Shown piece after piece: positions 34,445 through 48,139 of a stretch of 64,000 nucleotides of DNA. This stretch comes from Gracilinanus agilis (taxonomy: Eukaryota), in contig NC_058133.1 of assembly GCF_016433145.1 (NCBI RefSeq), positions 327,845,335 through 327,909,334 on the forward strand, in the 5' to 3' direction. Both the position numbers and the translations under genes were made by a program. Under the pieces are notes generated by a model that saw only the letters and a program-made list of their open reading frames with translations, was not told the DNA's origin and made no database searches. Positions within the stretch are counted from its first letter, which is position 1, and each line of letters starts with the position of its first letter.

Positions 34445-37240
34445 AATTCCATAATTGATTCATGGAATAGATGAAGTGTAAAAGATACCAAAGCAGATGT
34501 ATACACACAGTAACCTAATATTTGATCAACACAAAGACCCTAGACACAAGGATAAGGACTCACTATTTGAGGGGGAAAATACTGCTGAGAAATTGGACAG
34601 TAGCATAGAGAAAATTCGATTTAGACAAGCACCTTATGCTTTATGCCAAGATAAACTACATATGGATGCATGACCTAGATAAATTATTTAAAATATCTAT
34701 GGACAGAATAAAGACATGGTCAAACAATGAGTAGAGAACATAAAAATGTAGAGACTAAGACATAGTTTTGTTACATTAAATTTAGAAATATTTACATAAA
34801 CTAATCCAATAAATCTAAGATTAAAAGGGAAACAATTAACTAGGAAAAGATTTTTAAAGGAAGTTTCTCTAATAAAGGCTCCATTGCCAACTTATATAAG
34901 GAATTGATTAAAATTTTTAGAAGTAAAATGATAAATGACTTACAGCTAGGAAGTCCAGGCTATCTATAGCATTATGGGGGGAGGGGGAAGTTCTAAATCA
35001 CAACTAATTAAAGAAGTGCAAATTAAAGCAATTCTGAGATTATAGCAATTCTAATTTTACCCCTCAAATTGACAAACAGGACAAAAAAAGGAAAATGATA
35101 AATATTGGAGGAGCTGGGGAAAAGCAGGCACATTAATGCCCTGTTGGTAGAATTGTGGATGGAACTAACTATTCTGAAAAACAAATTTTCAAAAATAAAA
35201 ATTACAAAATAGTGCCTGCCCTTTTACTCAGAAATAACCACTATTATGTTTAAAAGAGATTGAAGAAATAGAAAAAGGTTTTGTGCATACAAAAATATTT
35301 ATGCCAAATCTTTTTTGTAGTGGTAAATCCTGGAAACCAAACGAATACCCATAAATTAAAGAATAGATAAATAAATTGTGCTATATGTATGTGAGAGTGT
35401 ACTATTGGGCTGTAAAAAATGACGAAATAGATGATTTCCAAGAGACATAGAAATATTTATATGAAAGAAATGAAGTGAGTCAAATCAGAAGAACAATTTT
35501 TACAGTAACATCAATATCATAAAACAAGCATTTTTGAAGACTTAAAAAATGACAATGAACTGAACAGAACCAAAAGCATCCTATATACTAGAATAATATT
35601 ATGAAGAAAAAATATGAAAAATATGGCTTAGCTATACCAAATCTCAAACTGTATCATAAAGCAGCAACCATAAAAATACCTGCCACTGACTGAGAAATAG
35701 AAGTAGATCAAAGGAATAGTTTAAGCACTCAAAATGCAGTAGTAAATGACAATAGTAACCTAGAATTTGACATACCTAGATCCAAGCTTCTGGAAGGAAA
35801 ATGCACTATTTGACAAAAACTTCTGGTAAAACTGGAAAACAGTATGGCAGAGACTAGGCACAGAATACTTCATGCCCATTTACCAATGTAAAGTCAAAAT
35901 GGACACATGATTTAGAAATAATTAACATATTAGAGGATAATGGAATAATTTACCTGTCAGATCTATACATGAGGGAAGGACTTATGTCCAAACAAGATGC
36001 AGAAAACATTACAAGATAAAATAGATAACATTGACTACATTAATTAAGAAGTTTTGCCCAAATGCAAGCAAAATTAGAAGGGAAACACGTAGGGGAAAAT
36101 TTTATAGCATGTTTCTCTGACAAAGGCCTTCTTTCTCAAATACAAAGAAAACTGAGTCAAATCTATAAGAATGCAAAGCATTTTCCAATGATACGAATAG
36201 GAAATTCTCAAATGAAGACATTAAAACTATCTTTAGTCAAATTTAAAAAAAACACTCCAAATCACTATTATTAGAAAAATGTAAATTAAAACATCTTTGA
36301 GGTATCATTTTACACTTATCAGACTGGCTAACATGATAAAAAAAGGATAATGATAAATAGTGAAGGGAATGTGAAAAAAATTCGGACACTAATACACTGT
36401 TGGTGGATCTGTGAACTGATACAACCATTCTGGAGAGTAAAGGGTCAATAAATTGTCCATACCCTTTGACCCAGCAATATCATTTCTAGTTCTGTGTCCT
36501 AAAGACAGCAAAGATAGGGGGAAATGACCTGCTTTACAAAAATATTTATAGTAACTCTTTTTTTTTGTGGTGGCAAAGAACTAGAAATTGAAGGGATATC
36601 TATTAATTGAGGAATGACTGAGCAAGTTGTGGCATATGATTTAATGGAATACTATTATGCCAAATGAAAAGCTAAACAAGATGATCACAAAAAACCTAGG
36701 AAGACTTATATGAAGTGATGCAAAGCAAATTGAAAAGAATCAGGAGAGCTCTGTACACAGTAACAGGAATAAAGTACAATGTTCAACTATGAATTACTTT
36801 TTAACTATTATCAGCAATGCAAGGATCCAGGAAAATTCTGAGTGAATCACAATGAAAAAGGCTATCCACTGCCATAGAAGGAACATGATAGAATTGAATA
36901 CAGATTAAATCATGCCATTTTTTACCTTATTTCTTCATGATTTTTCTCTAGTTTAAGTGATATATCTCCTTTCACATATGTATTATATAATAACATATAT
37001 ACACTCTATATCTTATTATCTGCTGTCTTGGGAAGGGAGGAGGGATGGGAGAACAAGAAAGAAAACATGGATCACAAAATGTCAGAAGATGATTGAAAAT
37101 TGTATCAATATGTAATCTAGAAAAAACAAACATTTTAATTAAAAAAGACAAATAATCCATGACTTCAGAGACATGATAATGAAATATGCTATCTACCTTA
37201 TGACAAAATGATGATAGATTTAAAGTGAAGAAAAAAAAAA
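34445..37240 (+). mobile_element. Composite of old L1 ORF2/3'UTR fragments (a second L1 at about 35550-37145 nested in the first)
   Basis: L1 ORF2 3' motifs occur twice (cactatttga...; ttctggagag...ccctttgacccagcaat); the first element's 3'UTR resumes at about 37146. Confidence 0.85.
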
Positions 37241-37259
37241 ATATATATATATATATAGT

Positions 37260-37510
37260 TGTTGTTGCTGTTTATTTGTTTTTCAGTCTTGTCCAACTCT
37301 TCATGACCCCCATTTGGAGTTTTTTTTGGCAAAGATATCTGTGTAGTTTGCTATTTCTTTTTTCCAGCTCATTTTACATTTAAGGAAACAGAGGCAAACA
37401 GCATTAAATGACTTTCCTATGATCATAAAGCTAGTAAGTGTCGGAGGCAAGATTTAAAGTCGGCTCTGACTGCTGGCCATGGCTCTATTCATTGCATTAC
37501 CAAGCTGCAT
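37260..37510 (-). mobile_element. MAR1-type CORE-SINE
   Basis: cagtcttgtccaactcttcatgaccccatttggagtttttttggcaaagat. Confidence 0.85.
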
Positions 37511-37954
37511 ACTTGTTAAAAGGAATTTCTTTTTCTTTTTTTCTCTTTTTCTCCAGTGGAATGGACTTGGGAGTAAGAAAACAAATAGATTTCTATTAAT
37601 TTTTTTAAAAATATAAAGGTTGGGTGGGTACTATATAAAATATTATATTCACTTTAAATGTGGTCATTATATTTTTAGTTTTTCTTTATTGTTTTACTTT
37701 ACTAAAAGAGAGCTTCCTTGTAGTTTGGGTAACCTGAATAAGTTTCTGATGTTTGCCTAAACAAAACATCGAATAAGTAAAAAAAATACTTAAAAAATAA
37801 GTAAAAAACATACAACAAAAAAAGCAAGCACTATTACTTAGTATATATTATGTGCCAGACACTGTGAAACTAGTGACCAAGTCTTAAGGAACTCGCATTC
37901 TACTAGAACTGAATTAGTGGCAAAATTAATTTATTTGCATAAAGGCTGAAATGG

Positions 37955-38160
37955 GTAGCTAGGTGGCATAGTGGATAGTGATCATCCTCAGAAAGATACA
38001 TCTTCTCAGGCAAGTCACTTAAGCCTGCTTGCCTTAGTTTTCTCATCTGTAAAATGATCTGGAGAAGAAGATGGCCAACCACTCCAGTATCTCTGCCAAG
38101 AAAGTCCCAAATGAAGTGAGGAAGAGTCAAACATGACTGAAAAACAACTGAACAAAAGTC
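37955..38160 (+). mobile_element. MAR1-type CORE-SINE (internally deleted)
   Basis: gggtagctaggtggcatagtggatag...ccactccagtatctctgccaagaaag. Confidence 0.8.
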
Positions 38161-39880
38161 TGAAAAACGGTATAACAAAGTTATGTTATTTTTATTATTA
38201 TTTAAGTCAAGTAATCAACAGCCTTCATGAGTACATAAAATACTTAGCCATTGAAGACTGAAAGAAATTCTTTCGGATGTGGGATGAGAAAATCCCTCAA
38301 AGGATTTGAGAAAATGGAACACTTTGCTCTTAAAGGGCAAGGTAGCAGCTAAATCAGAATGCTTTGGCCTGTAGTGAATCCAAAAACTTGATTTGGTCAT
38401 AGGAGAGCAATAAAGAATAATGATTTATGATTAACTGAAGAGATAACTCAACATTCTCTTCAGGAGGGCTTATCTTTTAAATGATGTACAAAAAGAACCA
38501 CTCTAAAACTCGTAAGGGGAGAGGAATCATTTTTTTTTCCATCCTAAGAGCTACAAACTTCTATAAAATGAGAGGGACAGATTTTCCTATTGGGGAGTAA
38601 CAGAAAGTATAAAGAACTACTTTCTTCTGCTGAGGAGAGATGAGTATGCTTTTAAAAATATCTCACAAAAAGCTTTGCATAAACATTATAAAACCCATGT
38701 AATATTTGTTTTCCGTCTCCCAATACTAGTTTTAAATAAATGTAATTACTCTTGGACAATAATATGTTTTAACATCAGGTACTGAAAACCAATAAAATGG
38801 AAAAAAAAAGAAAAAGAAAAACAATCCCAAACCATTCACCTTGGAAGGATTCCTATTTGAAGGCTAACCTGGACATTATAACCAGTGTCAGAAGGTGAAA
38901 GGTTAAAAGTGTAAAACTTTTCCAGTAAGTCTTCATCTTTATTTTCAAGTCAGTCCATATGGGATTAAAAAAAAGTTTCATTTAATTAGATCAACGCTAT
39001 GAAAAGTTTCAAGGATCTCCATCATTTGGGCCCTGCCTTTGGGGAACTTCTTGAGAATGGGACTTGAAGGCCTTTCAAGCTTTATAGGAAGTGTACCCTG
39101 GATAAAATCTTTTGCAAGGAACAATAAAAGTCTGAATAATGGAGACCATGAGCCTGGTGTTGCTGTAATGAAAGAAGTCCTCGATATTTTGGCACTTCTC
39201 AGTTGATGTAAAATGTGTGTTTTTCTCATTGATTGAGGGGATTGCCAACAGGAATAAGTGAAATGTGTGTTAATCCACCACTTGTCCACAGCAACAGTAA
39301 AAAACCTTTGCTGCATTTCCTTTTTGGGATCCTGCCTCCCCTTTGATTCACACCTATTTTTTTTAAATCCAGATTAGACCCTGGATAATATTATTTATAT
39401 GGTACTACTACATTTGATTTACACATTACAGCCTGCTACAACATATAGCTGGGCTTCCTTTTATCCCCAGACTCAAAAATAAGGTCAGATTAATTGTGTT
39501 TGTAGAATTATTCAGGATCTATCAACCTACTAACATACATACTTTTTTTTCTTGAGTTTTTACTTCACTACTTCTAATAGCAGTAATAGATCTGTACAAT
39601 AGAAACCTAAACTTTAAATTTTAATGATGGTCATTTAAATCCTCTATTTTATGTAATGTTTTTGTCAGTCCAGAACTTTGATTTCATCAATGAAGAGAAA
39701 TATCAAAAATTCTCTTCATTTACTTGCACATGATCATGCAACTGTTATATGTCAGAGATAGAAATTCATCCTAAACTTTATTGGCCAGAGGCATGACTAT
39801 CTCTCTATGCACTCTGCCATGTTGCCTCCTAGACTAGTCCTATGAAATTCTCTTTCAAGAGTTATTGACTCAAATAAGAC

Positions 39881-40440
39881 ATGAGAAAGTGGACTATGCC
39901 ATCGATTGGGGAATGGCTGAACAAATTGTGGTATCTGTTGGTGATGGAATACTATTGTGCTCAAAGGAATAATAAACTGGAGGAATTCCATGAGAACTGG
40001 AATGACCTCCAGGAATTGATGCAGAGTGAAAGGAGCAGATCCAGGAGAACATTATACACAGAGACTGATACACTGTGGTACAATCAGACACAATGGACTT
40101 TTCTACCAGCAGCAATGCAATGACTCAGGACAATCCAGAGGAACTTATGAAAAAGAACTCTAGCCACATCCAGAGAAAGAATTGTGGAAATGGAAATGCA
40201 TTATAAAAATATGTGATTGATCACCTAATGCGATAGGGTTATGATTGGGGTTTTGATGTTAAAGAATCGTGCTACTGCAGATACAAGTAACACAGAACTA
40301 GATTTTGAACAAATAATACATGTATAACCCAGTGGAACTACTTGTTGGATTTGGGAGATGGGAGGAAAGCTGGAGATGGGGAATGAGGATCATGCATCAT
40401 GAAACCATGGAAAAATATTCTAAATAAAAAAAGGGGGGGG
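39881..40440 (+). mobile_element. L1 3' end (ORF2 C-terminus plus 3'UTR)
   Basis: PSIGEWLNKLWYLLVMEYYCAQRNNKLEEFHENWNDLQELMQSE is L1 ORF2 C-terminal sequence; ends catgaaaccatggaaaaatattctaaataaaaaa. Confidence 0.93.
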
Positions 40441-40450
40441 GGAAAGAAAG

Positions 40451-40796
40451 NNNNNNNNNNNNNNNNNNNNNNNNNNNNNNNNNNNNNNNNNNNNNNNNNN
40501 NNNNNNNNNNNNNNNNNNNNNNNNNNNNNNNNNNNNNNNNNNNNNNNNNNNNNNNNNNNNNNNNNNNNNNNNNNNNNNNNNNNNNNNNNNNNNNNNNNNN
40601 NNNNNNNNNNNNNNNNNNNNNNNNNNNNNNNNNNNNNNNNNNNNNNNNNNNNNNNNNNNNNNNNNNNNNNNNNNNNNNNNNNNNNNNNNNNNNNNNNNNN
40701 NNNNNNNNNNNNNNNNNNNNNNNNNNNNNNNNNNNNNNNNNNNNNNNNNNNNNNNNNNNNNNNNNNNNNNNNNNNNNNNNNNNNNNNNNNNNNNNN
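40451..40796. other. Assembly gap (N run), followed by (GGAA)n to about 40873
   Basis: About 345 N, then a ggaa microsatellite. Confidence 0.97.
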
Positions 40797-43029
40797 GAAG
40801 GAAGGAAGGAAGGAAGGAAGGAAGGAAGGAAGGAAGGAAGGAGGGAAGGAAGGAGGGAAGGAAGGAAGGAAGGATCTGATAGAGCCTTAGATCAGTTTAC
40901 CCTATTTTTGAACTCCATACTTGTCTCCTCTGATTACTATCCTCCCGAGTTTATTCTTCATGGCTTTAATTTTTCTCAAGTTATCAATTAGTGAAGACAT
41001 GAATGAAGTAGTGGAAAAAGTGCTAGACTTGAAATAAGATAACTCACATACTACTAGTTTCTGTTATGCTATTAGTTGGCTGTGTGATCTTAGGCAAATC
41101 ACTTGATTATTGCAAGCTTCATTTTCCTGCCTCTTAGGTCTGACAAGGTTCAAATTAGAGGATATATTTCAAGATCTTTGTAAACTTAAAAGTTCTACAT
41201 AAACATAGACTAACATTATTATGACTTGAAACAGTTATCTTAAAGACTTTTTTCTGGTCTTTCTGGTTCACTTCTGAGAAAACTCTACAAATTTAGCAAG
41301 GGAAACATGCAATGCTAGGAGCCTAAATAAACAAAAACAGTTTATAAATGAATGGGAAAGGTCTTTTCTCTGATATTTTCACCTGCATGTGCTTATATAA
41401 ACATTATAGAATCCAAGAATTTTATATATGAAAAGAACCTCAGTGCCCATCTTTTTAACCCATGCCTGAAAAAGAATCCCTACTACAACTTAAACAATAA
41501 ACGACCATCTAATCTTTACTTGAAGACTTCCAATGTAAAGGAACCCTCCATCTGCTGAAGTAGTCCATTGTAATTTTGGATCTAATGATTAGGAATTTTT
41601 TCTTCACATTAAGACTATTTTGCTTCTTTACAAATTCTATCCATGGCTGGGGTCAAACCAAGCAAATCTAATCATTTCTGCCTAACAATTTTTTACACAC
41701 TGGACAGCAGATATTATGTGCTAAGTCTTCTTCAGGTTATAGACTGAAGATCTTTCTTTCCCTATCTCTCTCTCTCTCTATGTTTCTCTCTGACTCTGTC
41801 TCTGTCTCCCTCTCTCTCCTTCTATCTCTCTGTTTCTGTGTCTCTTTCTTAACCCCGATAGCAAGGTCCTGAATGCTCTTTGGCAGAAAAAGTTCTTCCT
41901 AAATTATTTCATCCAAAACCAAACAAAGTATCCTGGATGAGATCTATTGAGAACAAATACAGAAAGACTATCACCAAATGTAGCCCCAAATAGTATGATT
42001 AGCTTTTTATCTCATGGTAAGCTTAAGTCCACTAAAACATACCAATGTTTTTTTCATAAATGTCATGGTCTAATCATACCTCCCATCTTTTACTTAAGCT
42101 AACCTGAAATTTATTTCTTGAACCAATGTGTAAGACTTTACATTTTGCTCTAGTAAACTTTCTGTTATTCAATTTAACCCAGTGTTCTAGCTTGTCAAAA
42201 TCTTTTTGGATCCTAAATGCCAACCAATGTGTATCTATGCAACCTTAACTTTGTCTAAATTTACTCATCCAAGATTTTTGTTTCCTGTTCTTTCATGGGT
42301 CTACATGAACTGTACTGTACTGTAAATTCCCTGAGGTTAAGGTCTTCTCTGTATTTACAGCCCCATACTGCACAGCGCACAGAATCATACCAAGCATCTG
42401 GCTTGTACAAATTGAATGTAACAAATGAAATAAATATTTAACAAATTATCTGATTCTTTGAAATGAGGCTTTTCTTAACAAACTAAAAGATGAGTTCGTT
42501 ACAAAAGTCAACACAATTTATTGCCTTCTTTCCTTTCCCCTGTAGCCATATCCACACATATAACAACTTGAAGCTCCTTTTTCTTTGGGGTTTGGGTTTG
42601 TACTTATATTATAAGCAGCCAGATTTCTTTTTACCTCAAAGTTTTGGTAAATTCTTTGGAGCCAGAAGAGGATGTTATTTTTACACTGATGAAATGGGCA
42701 CGCATTTTTAAACATCAATTCTTCATTATAACAAGTTTCATTAGTCAAGTTCAGAGTTTGGCCAAAGCTACAGGATGGTGCTGACGTATTTTGGATTGAC
42801 TTAGTCTTTCCCAAAATCACCATCTGGAGTCTGGTTTTTCAAATGAAAAGCCAACTTCATCCAAACTTTCCAACTCTAGTTTCTGAAAAATGTCAAAGGA
42901 AATATACCTATAATATACTTTTATAGGTCATCACATAGAAATTTCTAGCATATAATTATGTATGCAAGCGTGGAAGAGAACATAGATGGTTTTGCATGTT
43001 GAATTCTAAAAATAAATTTAAGTTAATAT

Positions 43030-44480
43030 TCAATTTAATTCAGCAAATATATATTAGGCACTTATGTGCATGGATGGTAGCCAAGCTTGGGATGCAAAGT
43101 AAAATCTAATGTTGTAGGAAGAGTACACATACCGTATTTAAAACATTAACTTATGAGAGTAAGACAAATGCAAAGGAGAGAGCTAGGCAAAAGTCTTGAA
43201 GAAATATGAGTAGGTAGGGGTCACTTTCTCCTTGGGGAGGTAGGAGGGTTAGTTACAATTAATAACTTAAAGACAAAATCTGGATTCAAATGCCACCTCT
43301 GACACTTACTAACTATTTAACCCTTGGTAAGTCATTTATCATTTTTTGAACTTCAGTTCCCTCTTCTGTAAAATCTGAATGAGAGTACCTATCTAGCAGA
43401 TGTTTGCAGGATGAAACATCTATAGCTGAAAGGGACCTCAGAGGTCATCTAGTCCAATGTTCTTATTTTACAAATGTGGAATATTGGTTCCAGGGAGGTT
43501 AAGTGAATTCCATGAGGTCACACCAATAGTTATGAGTTTCAAATGAATTAATGTATGTAAAGCACTTTAAATACCTAAAAGTTTTTTGTAAATATTGGCA
43601 TTTATTCTTAGAAGTGACATCTTTGGATGGCCTTACAGGAAGGGGCAGATGACTTTAGAAAGAGATGGAGGTAAAGCTAAAGCATTTCAGGATTGAGAAG
43701 ATGTGAGCAAAGACACAGGAAGAAGAGAAAACATAAGTACAAAAACCAAAGACTGGTCCAATTTTTCTTCAACATAAAAAAAACATAAAGGTGAGCAGAT
43801 GAAAATAAGGACAGAAGGATAGATTAAAGCCAAGATATGGAGGACCTTTGAAAACAAGAGTCATGTTAAATTTTGATTTAGAAAGTAACAGGGAGTGAAG
43901 CAACTAGATGGCTCAGTGAACAGAGAGCCAAGTCTGCAGATGGGAGGTCCTGGGTTCAAATCTGATCTCACACATTCCCTGATTACATGACCCTGGGAAA
44001 GTCAATTGACTTCCATTACCTAGCCCTTACCACTCTTCTGCATTGGAACCAATACTTAATATTGATTCTTAGATGGAAAGAAAGGTTTTCTAAAAATATT
44101 TTTAAGAAAAAGAAGTAACCAAGGAAAACGTTGGAGGAGAGGAGTAAAGTGAACACAGGAATAAATTAAAAGGATAAATCATGCAACAATGTGTAAGATG
44201 GATGAAGGGATGAGTAAACTAGAGAGAGGAAGGTGAGTTAGGAAGTTATTACAATTACAAGAAGAAAGGAGGAGATAAATAGGCATGGTTACAGTTAGAA
44301 TGAAGATATAGGAGATGTTCCAAAGGTAGGAACAATGTGACTTTGAAACTCACTGGATGCAGAGACACTGGAAAATTCCAAAGTTATTAACCTGGAATTC
44401 TGGAAGAATGACTCTCCCATTAAAACAACAGAGAGATTGGGGTGAAGCTGAGGAGTAGCCACAGAGATGATGTATGTAAG
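43030..44480 (-). mobile_element. Fragmented L2 with nested MIR pieces and a SINE1-like copy (about 43897-44090, + strand)
   Basis: ttcaatttaattcagcaaatatatattaggcac start and purine-rich antisense L2 blocks; SINE tail cttctgcattggaaccaatacttaatattgattct. Confidence 0.7.
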
Positions 44481-45265
44481 GTAATGCGAACTCACTTCAC
44501 TGACCTAACCCTGCCCACATTTTATGTCTCTGAAGAGACCTGATTTGCTGTCCTCATAACACATAGCTCTCCAACTTAAATTATGTGTCTACGTTTTAGA
44601 GTCTCCTTTTCTACAAAAGGCTCTTTCATCATGTTGGATGAAAGCATGCAAGCAATAATAACTCTGTCAAACAGAGTCTGATCTAGTTATACTCTGGCAC
44701 TGCTTTTTTGACTGTGAGAAACAAGATGTTTGTTTTCTTCCCTGTACACTAAACCAATCTGAGTTTTACCTGGTTCTACAGGTACCTCATTCTAGTGCCT
44801 AAAGAAGCCTGATGGAGATGCACGCAAAGTAACATGCCTGAAAGCTTAAAGGCATTAGAGAATTGAAAAGCATTAAAAAAAAGTAGAGGAACCAAAAACC
44901 TTGCTGCATTTGAAACTAAACCTGTACTCTATCACAGGCTTGGGATCCTGGATGAGGGCTTAAAACAAAACGAGCTGGGTTTTTCTTTCATTGACCACAA
45001 TAAAAAATGTGTCTTAAAAGAAAAAGTAAATGAAATGAGAAGAAATTTTAAGCCAGCCAGATGATGTAAGGGATCCTTTCCAGTTCCCATAGTGCCCTGT
45101 AAAGATTATTTTTAAAGAGGTCTGGTCATATGATTTTGTTAAACTGTTCTGCTCCCATTGATTATTCTTCTTAGGAGTCTGAAATAGAAATGCTTTCTGT
45201 CAACAATAAAACATTTAACTTTCACTTCTAAAGGAATCCAACATGAATACTTTGATTCCTTAGAG

Positions 45266-45478
45266 CAAGGATTCTTAACATAGGGTCCATGTATAGATTT
45301 CAGAGAGTCTCTAAATTTGGGAGGGGAAAAATACTTTCCCTCCATATAATCTCTAACTAAAATTTAGCATTTCGTTAAGAATATCATTCTAAGAAGGGGT
45401 ACATAGTTCCGATTGGAGTGCCAAATAGAATAGACATCAATCAGGCTGTCCATAACAGAAAAAGCTTAAGAATTCTTG
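45266..45478. mobile_element. hAT MITE (old, both ends present)
   Basis: TIRs caaggattcttaa / ttaagaattcttg; decayed 8-bp TSD ccttagag / cattagat. Confidence 0.75.
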
Positions 45479-45759
45479 CATTAGATGATGTAATAGTTTC
45501 ATCCTTATTTGCAGGAGTTTCACTCACAGTGGTGATAATTTCAGCCTCAACTGTATAGTCTTAGCTATTCACTTCTTTGGCAAATCTAATTTAAATAAGA
45601 TTATGGGGGAAAATTGCAAGGTACTGACCAAGAAACAAGATAACATTCAAATAAATTCAAGAAAATAAAGCTACTTCTACCATATTTGTTTAAAGAATGA
45701 CAAAAAAAAAAGCATCTGAAGTAGAATTAAAAACTCTTGGAAGGTGTGCAAATACTCAC

Positions 45760-45885
45760 CCAGGAGTGGCTTCCAATGATTCTGTTGGCTTTCTCCCAGA
45801 TTTTCTCCTTTTCTCTCAGTTCCTCACCACTCAGTTTGAGGTTGTTTAGTCCCAAGCTGAGAAATGATGCTCTCCTTCTAAACAT
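45760..45885 (-). other. Candidate exon with a strong donor (first coding exon or internal exon 45760-45856)
   Basis: Donor TGG|gtgagt; open frame from ATG at 45885 (MFRRRASFLSLGLNNLKLSGEELREKEKIWEKANRIIGSHSW); alternative acceptor catttctcag at 45857. Not recognised. Confidence 0.3.
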
Positions 45886-46270
45886 TAGGTTCTATCTCTT
45901 TAACCAGAAATAATAGAGTTCTTTGGTTTCTTCAAAAGCCTGGCCAGAGCCTTCAGTTTGAGAGAATTTGACCCTGGAGTTTTGAAACAAACATTTGCAC
46001 TTAAATGAAGTATCAGAAAAATAAAATCGTGTTGTGATGTCTTTTGTAACATTGATATTTGTATCTATTTTACTAACATGTTTTTCATAATCTCTCCATA
46101 ATCAAAAAGAAAATCAATTGACTAAACATTACAAATTTGATTTTTATTGTTTTCCTTTCTTCTCTTCATGAACGTATTATCTCATTTTTCATTTTATGCA
46201 ATGTTAAAGTTGGAGCCTCAGACTTTTGTGGGACTATATATGGGAAGAGTCTTAAAGATCATTTCATATA

Positions 46271-46480
46271 GGGGTTCCAAAACATTTTATTTTAATCATG
46301 GACATATCTAGCACTCTGGTGAAGCCTATGGACCCCTTCCAAAATGTTTTTAAGCTACTGAAAGGCTAATTTCAGTTAAAAATTAGAAGAAAAATGCTTT
46401 TTTTTTTCATCCAAATTCATTAGGGCACTTTAACTTTATCCATGGGCCTCTTGGGGTTTGTGGAGGAGAGGAGTAAAGTC
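46271..46480. mobile_element. hAT/Charlie-type MITE relic
   Basis: aggggttccaaaac...ctctggtgaagcctatggaccccttc. Confidence 0.6.
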
Positions 46481-46739
46481 AAAAATTCTTGTCTTAATCC
46501 AGCTCCCCACTTTATAGATGAGATAATTGAAATACAGGAAGGAGAAATAACTTGGAGAAAGAGTCTTAGTATAGTAGAAAATCACTGGTTTTAAGAATGA
46601 GAGCACCTGCATTCAAATCCTGACTAATCTTTACTCTCGGTGAGGTTGGGCAAATTATTTCACTTCTCTTGACTTCATTATAAAATTAGGAAGTTGGACT
46701 AGGTGGCCTCTGAATTCTTTTCTAGATCGTCATATCTTG

Positions 46740-47030
46740 CTGTTTTTTAGTTCTCTTGTTTTTCTATCATTGGATATTTTCCCTTCTACTAGTTTTCCTT
46801 TCCTTAGTAATCTCATTCCTATTTTCTACTTATTCCTCTCTTTTCCACCTAGTCATTTCCTTTTTTCCTGTGATTCTTTTTACAGTTTCTAACACTAATT
46901 TTCTCCCCTTCGAAATCCATTGTTTTAGCACAATCATGTCTTTTCTCCTATTTGTTAAATCTTCTTCATCCCTTCATATCATTTTTCTCTATCCTGTAAG
47001 CTCTGCCTTTCATTACCTCCATTTTAGCAA
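46740..47030 (-). mobile_element. Old L1 fragment (ORF1-like region)
   Basis: T/C-rich antisense with the L1 ORF1-like A-rich composition; source of the hydrophobic ORF 46756-47082. Confidence 0.55.
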
Positions 47031-47039
47031 AAAAAAATG

Positions 47040-47116
47040 TTGTGTGTGTATATATATATATATTATACATATATATGTATAATATATATATATATATTTG
47101 TGTGTGTGTGTGTGTG
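47040..47116. repeat. (TA)n/(TG)n compound microsatellite
   Basis: Direct reading. Confidence 0.95.
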
Positions 47117-48139
47117 CATGCACTCATATGAATGGGAAGCCAGTTGGGGTGGGGTGGGAGGAATTGAGGGACAGATTGGATAATGTTGAGTGGAAGAATA
47201 GAGACTCTACTTGTTCTCATCTCTAGGACATTAATCAAAAAACCTTCTATTCTAATGGCCATTTAATAAATAGAAGTATAGCGCCCATGTGTTTCCTATA
47301 AAGAAATATACTGCATCAATACTGTATGTGTGAAATGTTTCAATTATTCCTAAAATATTCTAAACCTATTCCAGAGCTATTGGGCAAATAAGGAGCAAAA
47401 AACCATTTTCTGTTTCTCATTTTTATGTATTTTAAATGTATTAAACACATGTTAAAGATATATTTGGGATATCACTAAAATATTTATCAACTTTTATATA
47501 TGGCAACCACAGAAATATTACAGTAGCATCAAAATCATGCCATTTGTCAAATTACATACATGGAGAATCCAGTCGCTAATATTCATAGTACTCCAAAGGA
47601 GAGGAGGGAAAAGGGTATGTGTCAATCTTTTTGTTCTTTGAATGAGCTGAGTTAAGGTGGATTATTACCAGATGACTACTTGAGTATAACTATTAATAAA
47701 ATTAATATTTGACTCAAATCACTTTATAATAAAATCAGTCGGGTGCATAAAGTGAAAAATGAGATTTTTCAAATTTAGTTCTCTTCCTCTTTCAATTTTT
47801 CATTCCTTTTACTCTCTCAGATGTTTATAGCATCACTTCACCAAAATAAGCCCCAGTGTGCTATGCATGAATACAGCAGAAAGGACAGAGAATTGATCAA
47901 TGAGGTTGAGGCTAGTGATATGGGGAAGCAGCATGTGGTAGTCTTGTTACTTTGGAGCAAAGTGACTCTGGGCAACGTACTTATCTTCCCTGCTCCAGAC
48001 AGCTGTCAAAGATGCTAAGATCACTAATTCTGGAGTCATAGGATCCTGGCGATCCAGAAACCCTGTAAGTTATCACTTTAATCCCATTTGCCATTCTTCA
48101 TCACTTAGTTCCTTATTTCTAGCCCTTTCAGAGTCAGAA

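Noticed and set aside
39797-40123. ORF-track entries here and at 28252-28602 and 51870-52311
   Set aside because: Sense and antisense readings of L1 ORF2 C-terminus and 3'UTR fragments.
40399-40890. Long ORFs crossing N runs (also 8271, 15490, 28626-28998)
   Set aside because: Open only because N codons are not stops.
47821-48064. Very strong + acceptor followed by a 65-aa ORF and a gtaagt donor
   Set aside because: The second half is a MIR remnant, all frames stop before the donor, and the peptide is unrecognisable; at most a TE exonisation.
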